From the NCBI GenBank assembly GCA_963796055.1, contig CAWCKH010000001.1:128001-192000 (forward strand): 64,000 bases of DNA, read 5' to 3'. A program made the position numbers and the translations under genes. This document shows positions 1-11,827 of this stretch, one piece after another. The notes below the pieces were generated by a model. That model searched no databases. It worked only from the letters and a program-made list of their open reading frames with translations, and was not told the origin of the DNA. Each line of letters opens with the position of its first letter. The stretch's first letter is position 1. Origin of the DNA: an uncultured delta proteobacterium. Lineage in GTDB: Bacteria > Myxococcota > Myxococcia > Myxococcales > Myxococcaceae.

Positions 1-957
1 CGAGAAGCCCCCGTCGGCGTCGGAGAACGATGGTCCCACGTTGCCCGAGCCGCCTCCGACCACCGCTCCCTGGATGAAGACGCTGGCCGACGCGACCGGG
101 GTGCCGTCCGGACCGAGGAGCCGCCCCGAGACCTGGACGGGAGCGACGGCGTCGCCGACGACGAACGGCTGGCCGAAGCGCACCGGGTCGGACACCGGGA
201 ACGTGGCGACCGCTCCCAGCGCGCCCGGACCCGGGGTGACCTGGAGGAGGGCACCTCCGGCGAGCGTCCCCGTTCCAAACGACAGCTGGAAACTGCCCGT
301 GGCGTCGGCAGTGCTCCGCGCCGACAGCGGTCGGCCGTCCGGCGCGAGAAGCTGGACCTCGGGTGGGACGGGCTCGGGTTGTCCCGGCCCGGCCAGGACC
401 GTTCCGGTGACCGTCTGGACCTGTGACGCCGGGAGGAGGTCGAGGGTGAGCGCCATCACCCCCGCGTCCATGCCCACCCCGGTCTGCATCGCCGGGGGCA
501 CCGTCGGATCGAGCGGGCTCACCACCACCGTGTACACCCCGGTGGAGAGGCCCACCTGGAACACGCCGCTGGCCGCCGCGCCCGCCGTCTGCGCCGTCCG
601 GTTCACCCCGGGGAGCAAGGTGCTCTCCCCCGAGGCCAGCAGCTGCACGCTGGTGGGGTAGGGTCCCGGGCCCCGACGGACCGTGATCTGGAGCAATTGC
701 TGATCCGGGATGACCAGCGGCAGGTTTGCCAGGGGGGTGCCCACCGGCAGGTCCACGCTGGTCACTCCGGTCGGCGCCGAAGTGATGACCTCCGCCAGGA
801 GGTCCGCCGGCAAGGTGCCGCACCCGTCCACGTAGCAGCGCTGCGGGGGACGACAGTCCTGGTCACTGGTGCAGGTCCCCTCCGGTGGGGTCGGCTCACC
901 GAACAGGTTGCACCCGGCGAGCAGACCGAGGGCTCCGATCGAGCTCCAGCGGCTCAT
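1..957 (-). CDS. Lipoprotein with beta-sandwich (carboxypeptidase regulatory-like) segments; runs off the window edge
   Basis: Not in the ORF track. Manual translation from ATG at 957: MSRWSSIGALGLLAGCNLFGEPTPPEGTCTSDQDCRPPQRCYVDGC..., with lipobox LAGC and no stop to base 1. ATGA overlap with the upstream gene's stop. Confidence 0.75.
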   Translation of the reverse strand, partial: MSRWSSIGALGLLAGCNLFGEPTPPEGTCTSDQDCRPPQRCYVDGCGTLPADLLAEVITSAPTGVTSVDLPVGTPLANLPLVIPDQQLLQITVRRGPGPYPTSVQLLASGESTLLPGVNRTAQTAGAAASGVFQVGLSTGVYTVVVSPLDPTVPPAMQTGVGMDAGVMALTLDLLPASQVQTVTGTVLAGPGQPEPVPPEVQLLAPDGRPLSARSTADATGSFQLSFGTGTLAGGALLQVTPGPGALGAVATFPVSDPVRFGQPFVVGDAVAPVQVSGRLLGPDGTPVASASVFIQGAVVGGGSGNVGPSFSDADGGFS

Positions 958-1496
958 GGACACGGGCCCGCGAGCACGGTCACCGTCCAGGCGTAGGTGA
1001 CCGCGTAGGTGGGGTCGAGCGCGGTGCCTCCGTCGAGGAGGATCACCTTCCTCGGCTGCGGGTCACGGTTCACCAGCGCCCCGTCCGAGACCAGCACCTC
1101 GACCACGTGATCCCCCGGCTGCTGCAGTGGCCCCGGAGTGGCGAAGCTGACCTCGTAGCTCGCCGGATCGGAGCGGTTCTCCTGTCCGTTGTTGGTGATG
1201 GTCGCCTGCTTCACGAACGCCGGGTTCACGTCCGGGTCGAGGTAGAAGTTGTAGATGAGGGTGTCGCCCACGTCGGGATCCGCGACCGGGGCGAGGAAGG
1301 TCAGGTTGGGGCAGTCGGTCCCGTTCCTCACGGTGACGAAGCGGCTGGCGGGCTGGAGCAGCGACTCGAGGATGCGCGGCGGCTGGTTCCTCGGCGGGGG
1401 CAGCGGCTGGATGACGTGGTCCTCCTGCGGCAGGAGACAGCCCGGGAGCACCAGCGCGGCTCCGAGCAGCGCGACGACGACCCGGCCCGCCATCAC
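954..1496 (-). CDS. Hypothetical lipoprotein
   Basis: Signal peptide with lipobox LPGC; abuts the activator gene stop (1497-1499) and overlaps the next gene (ATGA). Confidence 0.75.
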   Translation of the reverse strand: MMAGRVVVALLGAALVLPGCLLPQEDHVIQPLPPPRNQPPRILESLLQPASRFVTVRNGTDCPNLTFLAPVADPDVGDTLIYNFYLDPDVNPAFVKQATITNNGQENRSDPASYEVSFATPGPLQQPGDHVVEVLVSDGALVNRDPQPRKVILLDGGTALDPTYAVTYAWTVTVLAGPCP

Positions 1497-3301
1497 CTAG
1501 GGGTCCTCCTCCCGATCGGGGGGCACATCGTCCATCCTCTCCAGGAGGCGGAAGATGGTCCGCGGATCGACGCCCAGCGCGCGCGCGGTCCGGGCGCGGT
1601 TGCCGCCGTGGCGCTTCAGGGCCTCGAGCACGTAGCCCCGCTCGAACGCGTCCTTCGCTTCCTGCAGCGGGGTGAGCGGCGGCGCCTCCTCCGCGGGAAA
1701 GTCCAGATCCTCGGCGCGCACCAGCGGCCCATCCGAGAGCACCACCGCCTTCTTGATGCGGTTCTCGAGCTCGCGCACGTTCCCCGGCCAGGGGTAACGG
1801 CGGATGGCGGCCAGCGCCGCGGGGGTGAAGCCGCGGGCGGTGGTCCGGTAGGTCTCGGCAAAGGACTTCAAGAACCCCCGGGCGAGCACCGCCAGGTCCT
1901 CGCCGCGCTCCCGGAGCGGGGGCACGCGCAGGGTGAGGGTGGCGAGCCGGTAGTAGAGGTCCTCGCGAAAGGTTCCCTTCTTCACCTCGTCCTCGAGCGT
2001 CCGGTGCGTGGCGGCCAGCACCCGGATGTCCACCGGCTCCTCCCGATGGTCGCCCACCTTCTGCACCATCCGGTCTTGCAGTGCCCGGAGCAGCTTCACT
2101 TGCAGCACCGGCGGCATGTCCCCGACCTCGTCGAGGAACAGCGTGCCCCCGCTGGCCTGCTGGAAGCGGCCGGGTCGGGTGGCGACCGCGCCGGTGAAGG
2201 CGCCCTTGACGTGCCCGAAGAGCTCGGACTCGAGCAGCGTCTCCGGCAGCGCACCGCAGTTGATGGCCACGAAGGGCCCGCTCGCCCGGGGGCTGCGCCG
2301 GTGGAGCTCGCGAGCGACCAGCTCCTTGCCGGTGCCGGTCTCACCCACCACCAGGACCGAGAGGTCGGTGGGAGCCACCTTCTCGATCTGTCGATACACC
2401 TCCTGCATCCCCGGGCAGCTGCCGAGGAGGTCGCCGAAGCGCTGCTGCTCCAGCCGTTCGCGGAGCCCGCGGTTGTCGGCACGCAGCTCGTCGAGCAGCA
2501 GGGCGTTCTGCACCAGCAGCGAGGCCTGGGCGGCGAAGATGGTCAGGGTGTCGAGCCCCCCCGGTCGAAGTGGGTGCCCACCCGGTCGCTCCCCACGTAG
2601 ACCAACCCGAACGGCCGGCCCCGCTGCATCAGCGGCACGCAGAGGACCGAGGAGAGCTTGAGGTTGACCACCGAGGTGCTGGCCGAGAACTCGGGGTCGG
2701 CCGTGGCATCCGACACCAGCAGGGGCTCTCCGGTGCGCAGAACGCGGTCCACCACCGTGTCCGAGAGGCGCTGGAGATCCAGTGCCACGTTCTCGCGGGC
2801 CACCTTGCGCGCGACCTTGACCGAGCGTTGCTCGCCCTCGACCAGGACCAGGAAGCCGCGGTCGCCGTGGGTGAGGTCGATCGCCTCGTCCAGGAGCGCC
2901 TCGAGCAGGGCGGTCACGTCGCCCGACTGGAGCAGACGCGCCGAGAAGTCCGTCAGCCGCTTCAGGGTGGAGAGCGCCTCCCGCCCCGGGTCGAACGAGG
3001 GCTCCGCCTGGGCCGGCGCATCGGTCAGGGACAGCGCGATCCAGGTGTCGGCGACCCGCAGGACGTCGCCGTCCTTCATCACGTGCGCCTCGCGCCTCTT
3101 GCCGGCCACCAGGAACGGGGTGCCCACGCTGCCGGCGCGGTAGCTGCGGCCGTCCCAGAGCAGGGTGAGCGCGTGCTCGGCCGCGCCGGCGTCCTCGAGC
3201 CGCACGTCCACCTCGGCCCCCCGGCCCACGGTGGTGATGCGCTTGACGAGAGGCACGCTCCGGACGGCGCCGCCGGGGGAGGTGAGAACCAGCCGGGCCA
3301 T
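1497..3301 (-). CDS. Sigma54-dependent enhancer-binding protein (FHA-like + GAF + AAA+ + Fis HTH), frameshifted at ~2556-2562
   Basis: ORF 2543-3301 gives the FHA-like and GAF parts. The distal part of ORF 1497-4070 gives Walker A GETGTGKE, GAFTGA, Walker B LFLDE and HTH GNRARTARALGV. One extra G in a G7 run joins them as FDRGGLDTLTIFAAQ. Confidence 0.88.
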
Positions 3302-3304
3302 GGG

Positions 3305-4270
3305 TCAGAAGCGGAGAGTCACGGACGCGCCGACCGTGCCCGGACCGGGACCGATCCGCGCCCCCGGCGGGGGGGACGGCGGCGGCGGGGGCGGCGTCTC
3401 CACCCGGGTGGTCACCACCGTGTCCTGGTGGTGGATGATGGCGTCGGCGACGCCCGCGGCCCACACCCCGTAGAAGCCGAGGCCCGCGCCGATCTTCAGC
3501 GCCCGCCAGACCTTTGCCTCGTCCTCCCGATTGGCCGGGATGCCGGTCTCCACGATGGGCGATGCGCCCGGGAAGCGGTTGTCGACGGTGAGGGTGCGGG
3601 TGTCGACGAGCGAGCCGTAGGCGAAGTAGGCCACGATGCTGGTGATTCCCAGGAGCGCCTCGGCGATGGCGAACCCGGTGCCTGCCGCCACCCGGCCCTG
3701 CTGGAACTGCCCCGCGCCGAAGGGGACGAAGTTCACCAGGAAGCTGCGCTTCTCTACCGTCCGCACCGTCACCTGCCGCGACATCTCCTCGATCTGCCGG
3801 CGCTGCTCCTCGGCCTCCCGGGCGAGCGCGGCGCGCTCCTCGGCCGCCCGCTGGGCCGCGGCGGCCTGCGCCCGGCGCTCGGCGCGGATGCGGTCCAGCT
3901 CCGGGGCGAGCGCCTGCCGCTGCTTCTCGACGAAGGCCACCGCCGCCGGCGGGTAGACGAAGGGATCCAGGGCGAAGTCCGGGTCGAGGCGCAGCAGCGC
4001 GGCGATGTGCCGCTGGGCCTGCTCGGTGCGCCGGAGGTTGAATGCCGCCAGCCCGGCGAGCTTGTGCCACTGGAACAGCGAGGCCTCGTCCATGCCGCCG
4101 CGGTCGATGCGGCGCTCGGCGCGCTCCAGCACATCGCGGTAGTGGCCGAACTCGAACTCGGACTGGACGGCGGCCAGGTCCGCCTCCTCGCGGGCCGCGG
4201 GCGTCTGCTGCCCCTGCGCCGAGGACGCGGCCACCAGGGCGAGGACCGCCCAGCCCGCGCCCCGGCTCAT
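3305..4270 (-). CDS. Secreted/membrane TPR-like protein
   Basis: ATG at 4270 (MSRGAGWAVLALVAASSAQG) overlaps the kinase stop (ATGA). Helical TPR-like region, coiled coil, then PFGAGQFQ and hydrophobic segments. The ORF track fuses it to the kinase only because of the kinase frameshift. Confidence 0.75.
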   Translation of the reverse strand: MSRGAGWAVLALVAASSAQGQQTPAAREEADLAAVQSEFEFGHYRDVLERAERRIDRGGMDEASLFQWHKLAGLAAFNLRRTEQAQRHIAALLRLDPDFALDPFVYPPAAVAFVEKQRQALAPELDRIRAERRAQAAAAQRAAEERAALAREAEEQRRQIEEMSRQVTVRTVEKRSFLVNFVPFGAGQFQQGRVAAGTGFAIAEALLGITSIVAYFAYGSLVDTRTLTVDNRFPGASPIVETGIPANREDEAKVWRALKIGAGLGFYGVWAAGVADAIIHHQDTVVTTRVETPPPPPPSPPPGARIGPGPGTVGASVTLRF

Positions 4271-6130
4271 TCCGGCACCAACTTTCCGCTGAGGGTGCGG
4301 GTGGCGCCTGGAAGGACCTCGATGCTGGAGCGCACCGGGCGGTACCCGGGTGCGGTCACCTCGTAGTCGACGCGGTGGACGAAGCGGGTGGGGGCCCGGG
4401 GCGAGGCGATCTCGAAGGGACTGGCCATCGACTCCGCCGCGGAGCGGGTGACGTTGCCGATGCGGACCTGGGCCGAGGGAGGCTCGAAGGCGAACCGGAG
4501 CTCGGCTGCCTTCAGACGGGCGGGGATGGCGAGGGTCTCGGGCTTCCCGGCGAGGACCTCGATGGGCACCACCTGATCTTCGCACCACTGGCAGCTCACG
4601 CGCAGAACATGGCGGCCGGGGCTGAGCGACAGGGTGTGGACCGACAGCGCCTCGGAGCTCCGGCGCTCGTCGTCGACCTGCAGCGCGCCGTAGGGACGGA
4701 CCAGGATCTGGTAGCGCACGGCAGCCGGGCGGCCGGGCGCCGTCCGCGGGGCGGGCGCGGCGGGGGCAGGCAGAATCCGCTCCGGGCGAGGTGACCGGGA
4801 CGTGACCCGGGGTGGGCCCCAGCGCCGGGAAGGAACCTGGCTTCTCGCGACCACCTGGCTCGGTGTCGGCCGGCTCCACGGCTGCGCCCGAGGGCGTGCT
4901 CGGACCCGGGGCTCGAGGCATGGCCGAAAGGCTGGCGCCGGGGAGGGCGACCGCAGACGTGACCGCCGGTTCGGGCCCACCTTGCAGCCGGACGGCGACC
5001 GTGAGGGCGGCGATCGCGGCGGCGCCGGCACCGAGGCCCACCAGGACCCGGGTGCGGCGCCGGACGCGCCCGTGTCGGAGGCTGGTCTGCAGCGCGTCCA
5101 GCATCGCCCGCGCCGCCGGCGCGTCGGGCTCGAGGGCGAGGGCCTGATCCACCCGGGCCAGCGCCCGGGGAAGCCGGCCCGCCGCGGCCTCCTCCGCCCC
5201 CCGGGCCAGCAAGGTCGAGACCAGCCGTTGCACCAGCGCGGTCCGGGTGGCCGCCGGGTCGGCGAAGAACGAGACGAGGACGGCCTCCCCATCGCCCAGG
5301 CCGAGGTCGTCGAGCGTCTCCGAGAGCGCCTGCTCCAGCTGTCGCGCCGTCGCGTAGCGATCCGCCGGGTCCCGGGCCAGACAGGTCTGAAGGATGCCCA
5401 CCAGCGCGTCGGAGATGGCGGGACAGACCCCCCGCGGATCCTCGTAGGTGCCGGCGAGGATGCGCTTCAAGGTCGCCGGCGTGGTGGGGGCAGCGAAGGG
5501 CAAGGTGCCGGTCCAGAGCCAGTAGAGCAGCGTGCCCAGGGAGAAGACGTCGGACTCGGGCGTGGCCGGATCGCCGTCGATGACCTCCGGCGCCATGTAC
5601 GCCGGAGACCCCACCAGCGCGCCGGTAACCGTCATCCGCTCGGCGGGATCGAGGACCCGGGCGATGCCGAAGTCCATCAGCTTCAGCACGCCGTCGTCGC
5701 GCACCATCACGTTCTCGGGCTTGAGATCCCGGTGGATGACCCCGGCCTCGTGCGCGTGCCCGAGCGCCCGCGCCAGCTGATGGATGACCAGCGCTGCCAG
5801 CTCCGGGGGAAACACCCGCTCGCGCTCGGCGAACGACTTCAGCGTCTCGCCCCGGACCAGCTCCGTGACCAGGAACGCGTCCTCGGTGGACGGGTCGGCG
5901 AAGTCGAACACCTCGAGGATGTTGGGGTGCTGGAGCCGCGCCACCGCGCGGGCCTCACGGGCCAGACGGGCGCGCGCGTCCTGCTGCCGGGCGAGGTGCG
6001 GGTGCAGCACCTTCACCGCGACCTCCCGGTGCAGCGAGGTGTCGAGCCCCCGGTACACCACCGACATGCCTCCCGAGCCCAGTGGCTCGAGCAGCCGATA
6101 GCGCCCCAGGTACCGGCCCTCGAGGCTCAT
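4267..6130 (-). CDS. Membrane Ser/Thr protein kinase (Pkn type) with TPR and C-terminal PEGA-like region; frameshift in the Pro-rich linker (~4740-4900)
   Basis: GSGGMSVVY, VAVK, HRDLKPEN, DFGIA and APE motifs; TM helix VLVGLGAGAAAIAALTVAV. The C-terminal domain (VRPYGALQVDD...LSPGRHVLRV) lies in the frame of ORF 4267-5292. GAGGAG upstream of ATG 6130. Confidence 0.88.
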
Positions 6131-6329
6131 CCGTCGGAGACTCCTCCGGATGGCACCAACGCCCGGGTGCCACGGAACGTTCCGCACTGTTCCGGGCTGG
6201 CATCGGGAGGGGGCATGTCGGTCTCGGACGGCCCCGGGTGAGGGCCGATTCAGCCCCTGCCCGGTCCGAGCGTTTCCGGCATCTTACGCGTGATGCCCAC
6301 AGGTTCAACGTCCTGGGGCCCGCAAAGAG

Positions 6330-6363
6330 CGATGCCGCCCGGAGCGGACTCCGGACGGCATCG
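6330..6363 (-). terminator. Probable intrinsic terminator of lon
   Basis: Minus strand CGATGCCGTCCGGAG-TCCG-CTCCGGGCGGCATCG (15-bp stem with one G-U pair) followed by CTCTTTG, 30 bp after the lon stop. Confidence 0.7.
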
Positions 6364-6393
6364 AGAACTTCACACCCGCGCAACAGCCCTTGC

Positions 6394-8889
<2,496 letters not shown>

Positions 8890-9000
8890 GAAAATTCGCG
8901 CTCCGTTCAGGTGCGTCGGAAACTGCAGCGCCTCGCCTCGTCCCGTACTGCCTGGAACAGAGGCTAGCAATCAAAAGTCCTTGGGTGGGAAACGGTGCAA

Positions 9001-10287
9001 ATGCGGGGTCTAGCGCTTACGGATAGAGCAGAACCGGACGTCGTCAAGCCGCGGGGCCACTGGCCCTGGCTCCTGGTGGCCGGTCTGCTGGGTACGCTCG
9101 GCGGCTGCACGTGCGAGGCGCCGCCGGACCGGGCGGGCTCCACCGTGCCCACGGCCTGCGCCTACGAGGCGCCGCTCTTCGCCCCCGTCCAGACCGACAT
9201 CCTCTTCGTGGTCGACGACAGCAACTCGATGAGCGAGGAGCAGGAGGGCGTCGCCCGCGAGCTGCCCACCTTCGTCCAGGTGCTGCAGACCGGCGCCGGC
9301 GTCGCCCAGAACCTCCGGGTCGGTCTGATCAACACCTCGGTCTACTCGGCCTACTTCAACGGCACCCGGACCTTCCTCACCTCCTACCCACAGGCTGGCT
9401 GGCTGCGTCAGTTCCCGGCGGCGGACGGCGGTGTGGGCGGGGGCGAGCGCTGGCTCACCGATCCCGACCCCGACATCGTCCCGCGCCTCGGCGCCGGCAT
9501 CCGGGCCCTCGGCATCCAGGGCTCGTTCCAGGAGACACCCTTCGAGGCGGCGCGCATCGCGCTGACCGGGACCGACTTCTGGTCCACCTTGCCGGACGGC
9601 GGGAACCCCAACGCGGGCTTCCTCCGGGCGGGGGCACGGCTGCTGGTGGTGGCGGTGAGCGACGAGGACGACTGCAGCGAGAAGGACCACCGCGACCCCA
9701 AGGTCTTCTACACCGATGGCGAGGGGCAGGACTTCTGCACCTTGCACGAGGACCTCCTCACCCCGGTGGGCGACTACATCACCGCGCTCGAGCAGCTGGA
9801 CGACGGCAAGGGACGGCCCCGGGAGATCCTCTGGGGGGCGATCGCGCCGGTGGCCCGCTCGAACAAGGCGGCGCAGAGTGTCCAGGGCGCGCTGGGCGAC
9901 GGCGGGCCGGTGCTCCAGAACGTCGACTGCCCCACCAGCGGCGGCCCCGGCTACCGGCACCGGGCGATGGCCCTGGCGTTCGACCCCACCCTGACCAACC
10001 TCGACTCGATCTGCGCACCGGACTACCACCAGAGCCTGCTGGCCATCGCCCAGGTGGCGTCGATTCCCCAGACCTTGACGCTCACCGACAATGTCCCCGA
10101 CGCCCGTCTCCTCACCGTGGACATCACCCGGGCCGATGGAAACGTCCAGCGATGCACCCTGGCAAACGGCGGGATCGCCCTCGTCGAGGCGACGTCGACC
10201 GAGCCGCCGGCGGTGAGATTCCAGCAGGGCTGTCTCCGCCGCCCGACGGACACCCACGTCGAGGTGAAGCTGCTCTGCGCGGGGTAG
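9001..10287 (+). CDS. vWA-domain lipoprotein (myxobacterial type)
   Basis: Lipobox-like LGGC, MIDAS-like DILFVVDDSNSM, VSDEDDCS, several paired Cys. Start codon uncertain. Confidence 0.8.
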   Translation: MRGLALTDRAEPDVVKPRGHWPWLLVAGLLGTLGGCTCEAPPDRAGSTVPTACAYEAPLFAPVQTDILFVVDDSNSMSEEQEGVARELPTFVQVLQTGAGVAQNLRVGLINTSVYSAYFNGTRTFLTSYPQAGWLRQFPAADGGVGGGERWLTDPDPDIVPRLGAGIRALGIQGSFQETPFEAARIALTGTDFWSTLPDGGNPNAGFLRAGARLLVVAVSDEDDCSEKDHRDPKVFYTDGEGQDFCTLHEDLLTPVGDYITALEQLDDGKGRPREILWGAIAPVARSNKAAQSVQGALGDGGPVLQNVDCPTSGGPGYRHRAMALAFDPTLTNLDSICAPDYHQSLLAIAQVASIPQTLTLTDNVPDARLLTVDITRADGNVQRCTLANGGIALVEATSTEPPAVRFQQGCLRRPTDTHVEVKLLCAG

Positions 10288-10294
10288 CCCCAGC

Positions 10295-10786
10295 TCAGCG
10301 CTGCGGACCGAGCGCCTGGTCGAGGGCGTCCAGCAAGGCGGCCCGGCCGGCCTCGGGGCGCTCGAGATGCAGGAAGTGGGAGGCGCCGGGAATCTCGAGG
10401 ATGCGCACGCTCCTGGCGTGGACGGCGTCGTGGGCGAACGCCTGGACGTCCTCTGGACGCCCAGAGCCCCCCGGTGGCCCAGCCGAGCAAGGTGACCCTC
10501 CGGGCTCCGGTGCGTGCCAGCACCCTGCGGACGACGGCGTCCACGTCACGCACCACCTCGTGGGAGCGGCAGAGGGGAGGGCTCTGGCTCGACGGGCGCG
10601 ACAGGGCGTCCGGCCGTTCGGAGCGGCCGTAGCCGCGCACGTCGGGAAGGTAGACCCGTGCTCGGGTGCGCAGCGCCAGGTCCTCGGCCAGCGAGCCTCC
10701 GGGCACGCATCCACCGATCGGGTCACGAGCTCGGTGCGCTGAACGGGCGGGGCCGCGGCGAGGAGCAAGGCGAACAGCAGCGACAT
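10295..10786 (-). pseudogene. Decayed alpha/beta hydrolase with internal deletions
   Basis: Three fragments in two frames: signal-like MSLLFALLLAAAPP; YLPDVRGYGRSERP...TLLGWATGG; EIPGASHFLHLERP. Total only ~160 codons. Confidence 0.65.
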
Positions 10787-10949
10787 GCCCCGGGGTCTAA
10801 TCCCGGGCGGCGGAGCCGACCTCGTGCAAAGGCAGCTGTCGCCCATGCATCCCCTGGGAGCCAGTGACCGCCATCGCACCCGGCTGGCCCCGGCCAGGGC
10901 CCTACGACTCGGCGCTCGGATTGGCGCCGTCAGCCCCCGTGACATACTA

Positions 10950-10965
10950 CTGAACGGGCGTATAG
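10950..10965. promoter_or_regulatory. LexA (SOS) box upstream of imuA
   Basis: CTGAACGGGCGTATAG; its reverse complement CTATACGCCCGTTCAG matches the first 16 positions of the M. xanthus LexA consensus CTRHAMRYBYGTTCAGS. It overlaps a candidate promoter (GTGACA at 10939, TATAGA/TAGAAC at 10961-10968). Confidence 0.8.
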
Positions 10966-10990
10966 AACGGCCCAGGAGGCAGTGCGCATC

Positions 10991-11827
10991 ATGGAGGCGG
11001 CGGCCCGGGCAGACCCGGCAGTGCTCGAGCGGCTCCGGGAGCGGATCCGGACCCTGCAGGCCGCGCCACGCCAGCTGCTCTCCGTCCTGCGGACGGGCCT
11101 GCCCCCGGTGGATGGGCTGTTGCCGGGAGGGGGATTTCCCCTTGGCCAGGTGGTGGAGCTCTGGGGAGAGCCTGCGTCGGGGCGGGCCCGGCTCGCCTTC
11201 CGCGCCATCGCCGAGGCCCACCGGGCGCTGCGGCTCGCGGCCTGGGTGGACGGGCCACGGACGCTCTACCCACCGGCGCTGCCGCCGCTGGGCGTCCGGC
11301 TGGAGCAGCTCCTCGTCGTCCGGCCTCCCGAGCCGAAGCAGCTGGCCTGGACCGCGCTCCAGCTGCTGCGGAGCGGCGCCTTCGCCGCGGTGGGCCTGGA
11401 CCTGACCCGGACCCCCGTCCGCCTGTCGCCGCCCGAGTCCCGCCGGCTGATCGAGGCCGCCAGCCGGAGCGGGGGGCTGCTCCTGCTCCTCACCCCGCCC
11501 GAGGCGCCCGCGGATGGGACGCTGCGGCTCCACGTCTCTGCCAGCGGGCCCCGTGGGATGCGCCTCGAGGTGGTCCGGAGCCGGCAGGGCGGAGCGTCGC
11601 GTACGGTGGAGGTGCCGTGGGGGCTGCTCACTCCGGGCGGTCCCTCCGACCTCGGCGCCGGGAGCCGTGGGCTGGACGCGCCGCCCGTGCCCACCTCGCC
11701 CTCCATGCCCTTCCGCCGGGTGCGCGCCTGCACCGTCCGCGACGGGCCCATCGGCATCCAGGGGCAGCGGCCGGGGAGAGACCTGCCGCTGCCCTCGTTC
11801 GCCCAGGCGCTGGGGGTGGGCGCGTGA
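10991..11827 (+). CDS. imuA: ImuA, RecA-like translesion synthesis accessory protein
   Basis: LRTGLPPVDGLLPGGGFPLGQVVELWG, degenerate Walker A GEPASGRA, AWVD...LYPPAL; directly upstream of imuB; AGGAGG RBS. Confidence 0.88.
   Translation: MEAAARADPAVLERLRERIRTLQAAPRQLLSVLRTGLPPVDGLLPGGGFPLGQVVELWGEPASGRARLAFRAIAEAHRALRLAAWVDGPRTLYPPALPPLGVRLEQLLVVRPPEPKQLAWTALQLLRSGAFAAVGLDLTRTPVRLSPPESRRLIEAASRSGGLLLLLTPPEAPADGTLRLHVSASGPRGMRLEVVRSRQGGASRTVEVPWGLLTPGGPSDLGAGSRGLDAPPVPTSPSMPFRRVRACTVRDGPIGIQGQRPGRDLPLPSFAQALGVGA

Noticed and set aside
6151..6172. TGGCACC-N8-GGTGCCA palindrome as a sigma54 promoter for the kinase operon
   Set aside because: No TTGC at the right spacing on either strand and too close to the start codon; it may be an operator but this is unsupported.
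3305..6187. Genuine 960-aa kinase-TPR fusion
   Set aside because: Better explained as a frameshifted kinase plus a separate gene with its own ATG and signal peptide.
8895..8911. Third LexA box upstream of lon (…CCGTTCAGG)
   Set aside because: Only the GTTCAG half matches; the CTRHAM half does not.
8966..8982. Sigma54 promoter for lon (minus strand GG-N10-GC, AAGGACTTTTGATTGCT)
   Set aside because: The spacing fits but the -24 element lacks CAC; too weak to call.
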